From the NCBI GenBank assembly GCA_963725865.1, contig CAVSAC010000014.1, positions 1,183,816-1,247,815 of the forward strand: a DNA stretch of 64,000 bases, given 5' to 3'. Made by a program: the position numbers and the translations under genes. Below are positions 61,816-64,000 of the stretch, in pieces. Within the stretch, counting starts at the first letter, position 1. Each line of letters opens with the position of its first letter. The stretch is from Candidatus Eiseniibacteriota bacterium (lineage in GTDB: Bacteria; Eisenbacteria; RBG-16-71-46). Under the pieces are notes generated by a model. That model was not told where the DNA came from and searched no databases. It worked only from the letters and a program-made list of their open reading frames with translations.

Positions 61816-62664
61816 GTGAGAACCGTGAAGACACTCGCCGCGTCCATGCTGGTCGCATGCCTGCTGCTGGCGGCGGAGCCCGCGAGCACGGCGCCCGTGG
61901 CGCTCACCACCACCGAATACGGTTCCGGTCCCACGCTGGTGCTGGTGCACGGCCTGGGCGGCGCCGGCATGACCTGGATGCCGACCGCGCGCCGGCTGAT
62001 CCCCACGCATCACGTCGTGATGGTGGACCTGCCCGGCCACGGCGGCAGCCCGCTGCCCGATCCGTTCTCGATCGACGACGTGGCCGAGTCGCTCGACCGC
62101 GTGCTCGCCCGCCAGCCGCACGGCTCCATCGTCGTGGGCCACGGCCTCGGCGGCCTGGTCGCGCTGGCCACGCTGCGCCACCACCCCGAGCACTTCAACG
62201 GGCTGGTGATCATCGACGCCGGCACCCGCTTCGGCGTGCCGGTGGCGGACCAGCAGCAGAAGATGTTCCTCGACTTCGTCGACAAGAACTACGACGCGTT
62301 CCTCAAGCAGATGTTCACCGGCCTCGGCCGCGACTCCGTGCAGGGCGTGGCGATCCACGCGCAGGCGAGCCTGGTGTCCAAGCAGGCGATCACGTCGTAC
62401 CTGCGGGCGCTGCTCAACGCCGACGAATCCGGCACGCTGCGCGGCGCCAAGCTGCCGGTGCTCTACATCGGTTCCGCGCGCGCGTGGCCGGACTCGGTGA
62501 CGTGGGAAGAGCTGGCGCGCAGCCGTGGACTCACGGCCTCCACGATCGCGACCCGCCGCATCCGCGACAGCGGGTACTGGATGATGAAGGATCAGCCCGA
62601 CTCGCTCGCGAGCGCGCTCGCCGAGTTCGCCAAGGGGCTCGCGCCGCTCGCGGTGGACCGCTAG
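61816..62664 (+). CDS. Secreted alpha/beta-hydrolase-fold protein lacking the catalytic Ser/His
   Basis: GGAGG RBS, signal peptide, LVHGLGG, DLPGHGGS; GHGLGG and SGYWMM at the catalytic positions. Confidence 0.85.
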   Translation: MRTVKTLAASMLVACLLLAAEPASTAPVALTTTEYGSGPTLVLVHGLGGAGMTWMPTARRLIPTHHVVMVDLPGHGGSPLPDPFSIDDVAESLDRVLARQPHGSIVVGHGLGGLVALATLRHHPEHFNGLVIIDAGTRFGVPVADQQQKMFLDFVDKNYDAFLKQMFTGLGRDSVQGVAIHAQASLVSKQAITSYLRALLNADESGTLRGAKLPVLYIGSARAWPDSVTWEELARSRGLTASTIATRRIRDSGYWMMKDQPDSLASALAEFAKGLAPLAVDR

Positions 62665-62712
62665 TCACGACGGTCCGCGCGCCGCGCCGGACCGCAGCAC
62701 GAGGACGTCGAC

Positions 62713-63618
62713 GTGTCGAACCCGAGCCCTGCAGCCGCGACCCCGGCGCGCTCCCGCGCGGCGCGCCCGACCCTGCGCGTCGCGCTGCTGCTGGTGCTGC
62801 TGGTCGCCCTCGCCGGGCTGCTCGCGCGGCGCGGCAGCGACGGGCGCCCCGCGCCCGTCGCGACCACCGTGATGGGCAAGGGGCCGACGATCGTGCTCGT
62901 CCACGGGCTCGGCGGCCGCGCCGGGCACTGGCTGCCGTGCGCGCGCCTGCTCGCCCGCGACCATCGCGTGGTGCTGGTCGACCTGCCCGGCCACGGCGCG
63001 AGCGCCATGCCGGAGCCGTTCTCGCTCGAGCGCGCGGCGCAGGCGCTCGACCTGGCGCTCGCCGACGAGCCCGGGCCGGTGGTGCTGGTCGGTCACTCGG
63101 TCGGCGGCCTGGTCGCCGCGCAGGAGGCGCTCGATCACCCCGGCCGCGTGCGCGCGCTGGTGCTGGTCGAGACCGCGCTGCGCCCGCAGCTCGAGGGCGC
63201 CGAGCGCGACACCATGCTGAAGGCGCTCGACACCGACTACCAGCAGGTGCTGCGCACCGCCTACGAGTCGTTCGGACGCGACTCGGCGCAGGGCCACATG
63301 CTGTACGAGGAGGTCGCCGCCCTCGAGCCCGCGTACGTGAAGCCGTGGATCCGGCTGGCGCTCTCGCTCAACATCTCGGTGCGCATGTCGCACCTGCGCG
63401 CGCCGCTGCTCGCGGTGTTCGCCGAGCGCTCGTGGGGCAAGGACGAAGCGTGGGCCGACGCGTCGCGCGCGCTCGGCTACGATCGCGTGCCGCGCGTGGA
63501 GCCGGTGCGCATCGAGGGCTGCGGGCACTTCGTGATGCTGGATCAGCCGGCGCGCCTGGCGTCGCTGATCGCACGCTTCAGCGCCGGCCCCGACACCGTC
63601 CCCGTCGCCACGCGCTGA
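62713..63618 (+). CDS. Alpha/beta hydrolase (membrane-anchored or secreted)
   Basis: LVHGLGG, DLPGHG, GHSVGG nucleophile, GCGHFVMLDQP. Confidence 0.9.
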   Translation: MSNPSPAAATPARSRAARPTLRVALLLVLLVALAGLLARRGSDGRPAPVATTVMGKGPTIVLVHGLGGRAGHWLPCARLLARDHRVVLVDLPGHGASAMPEPFSLERAAQALDLALADEPGPVVLVGHSVGGLVAAQEALDHPGRVRALVLVETALRPQLEGAERDTMLKALDTDYQQVLRTAYESFGRDSAQGHMLYEEVAALEPAYVKPWIRLALSLNISVRMSHLRAPLLAVFAERSWGKDEAWADASRALGYDRVPRVEPVRIEGCGHFVMLDQPARLASLIARFSAGPDTVPVATR

Positions 63619-63666
63619 GGCACGTGGGGCAGGCGGGCGGGCGGCACGCCGTCGCCGCGCCCGGCT

Positions 63667-63751
63667 CGCTCGCGCAGCGGTGGCGAGCCCCGTGCTCCCG
63701 CCGCCATCCGTGCGCTCGCGGAGCGCTGGCGAGCCCCGCGCTCCCGCCGCC
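63667..63751. repeat. Two 39-bp imperfect palindromic units with 46-bp period (REP-like)
   Basis: CGCTCGCGcAGCGgTGGCGAGCCCCGtGCTCCCGCCGCC at 63667 and a 3-mismatch copy at 63713. Confidence 0.6.
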
Positions 63752-64000
63752 CGTGCGTCCGCGGGCCGGAATGTCCCCCGCGGCTCGCCCGATGCGTTTC
63801 TCCCATTGAGGGCGCTCGCGGGTGGACGCATCCATCCCGCGAGTCCGCCTGCCCGCGGCCGCGGAGCAGCGCCGCGATCGACGTGCGGGGGTCCACATGG
63901 TCCGCTGGTTCAGCGCACTGGCGCTCGTCGGGGTGCGTCGTCCTGGGAGCGATGTCGGCGACCGCCGCGACCTCCACCGGTGGCATCGACGCCGGTCTCC

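Noticed and set aside
63543-63986. Minus-strand ORF at the window end
   Set aside because: No recognisable motifs, and it overlaps the hydrolase and the repeat. It may be the tail of a gene outside the window, but that is unsupported.

Overview
This is a very GC-rich bacterial chromosomal segment with dense coding and no rRNA, tRNA, CRISPR array, integrase or transposase that I can see. Several secreted proteins end in FlgD/T9SS-like C-terminal domains, which suggests an FCB-related lineage such as Ca. Eisenbacteria (inference only). Many genes, including housekeeping ones, carry single-base frameshifts, most likely long-read indel errors. Main content: a two-gene NAD-linked formate-dehydrogenase-like operon, ispH, sod-bcp, tryptophanase, moaD/moaE, queG, rsgA, ETF-QO, trxB, a clade II N2O-reductase cluster (hemerythrin-cytc-nosZ-B-D-F-L-cupredoxin-Y-nnrS) with a divergent Crp/Fnr regulator, a MacAB-like exporter, an ECF sigma/anti-sigma pair next to a giant FG-GAP protein, and a dinB-dnaE2 mutagenesis cassette. 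The most notable signals are these. (1) A leader-peptide/terminator/antiterminator attenuator upstream of rsgA. (2) Repeated duplications of gene ends, including a 101-bp direct repeat flanking an integrase-less 2.77-kb insert and an exact microhomology-deleted mini-gene. (3) An imuA/imuB-less mutasome with a CTGC-N8-GCAG operator between its -35 and -10 elements. (4) A shared ECF promoter motif linking the sigma factor to the FG-GAP gene. (5) Several enzymes with substituted catalytic residues.
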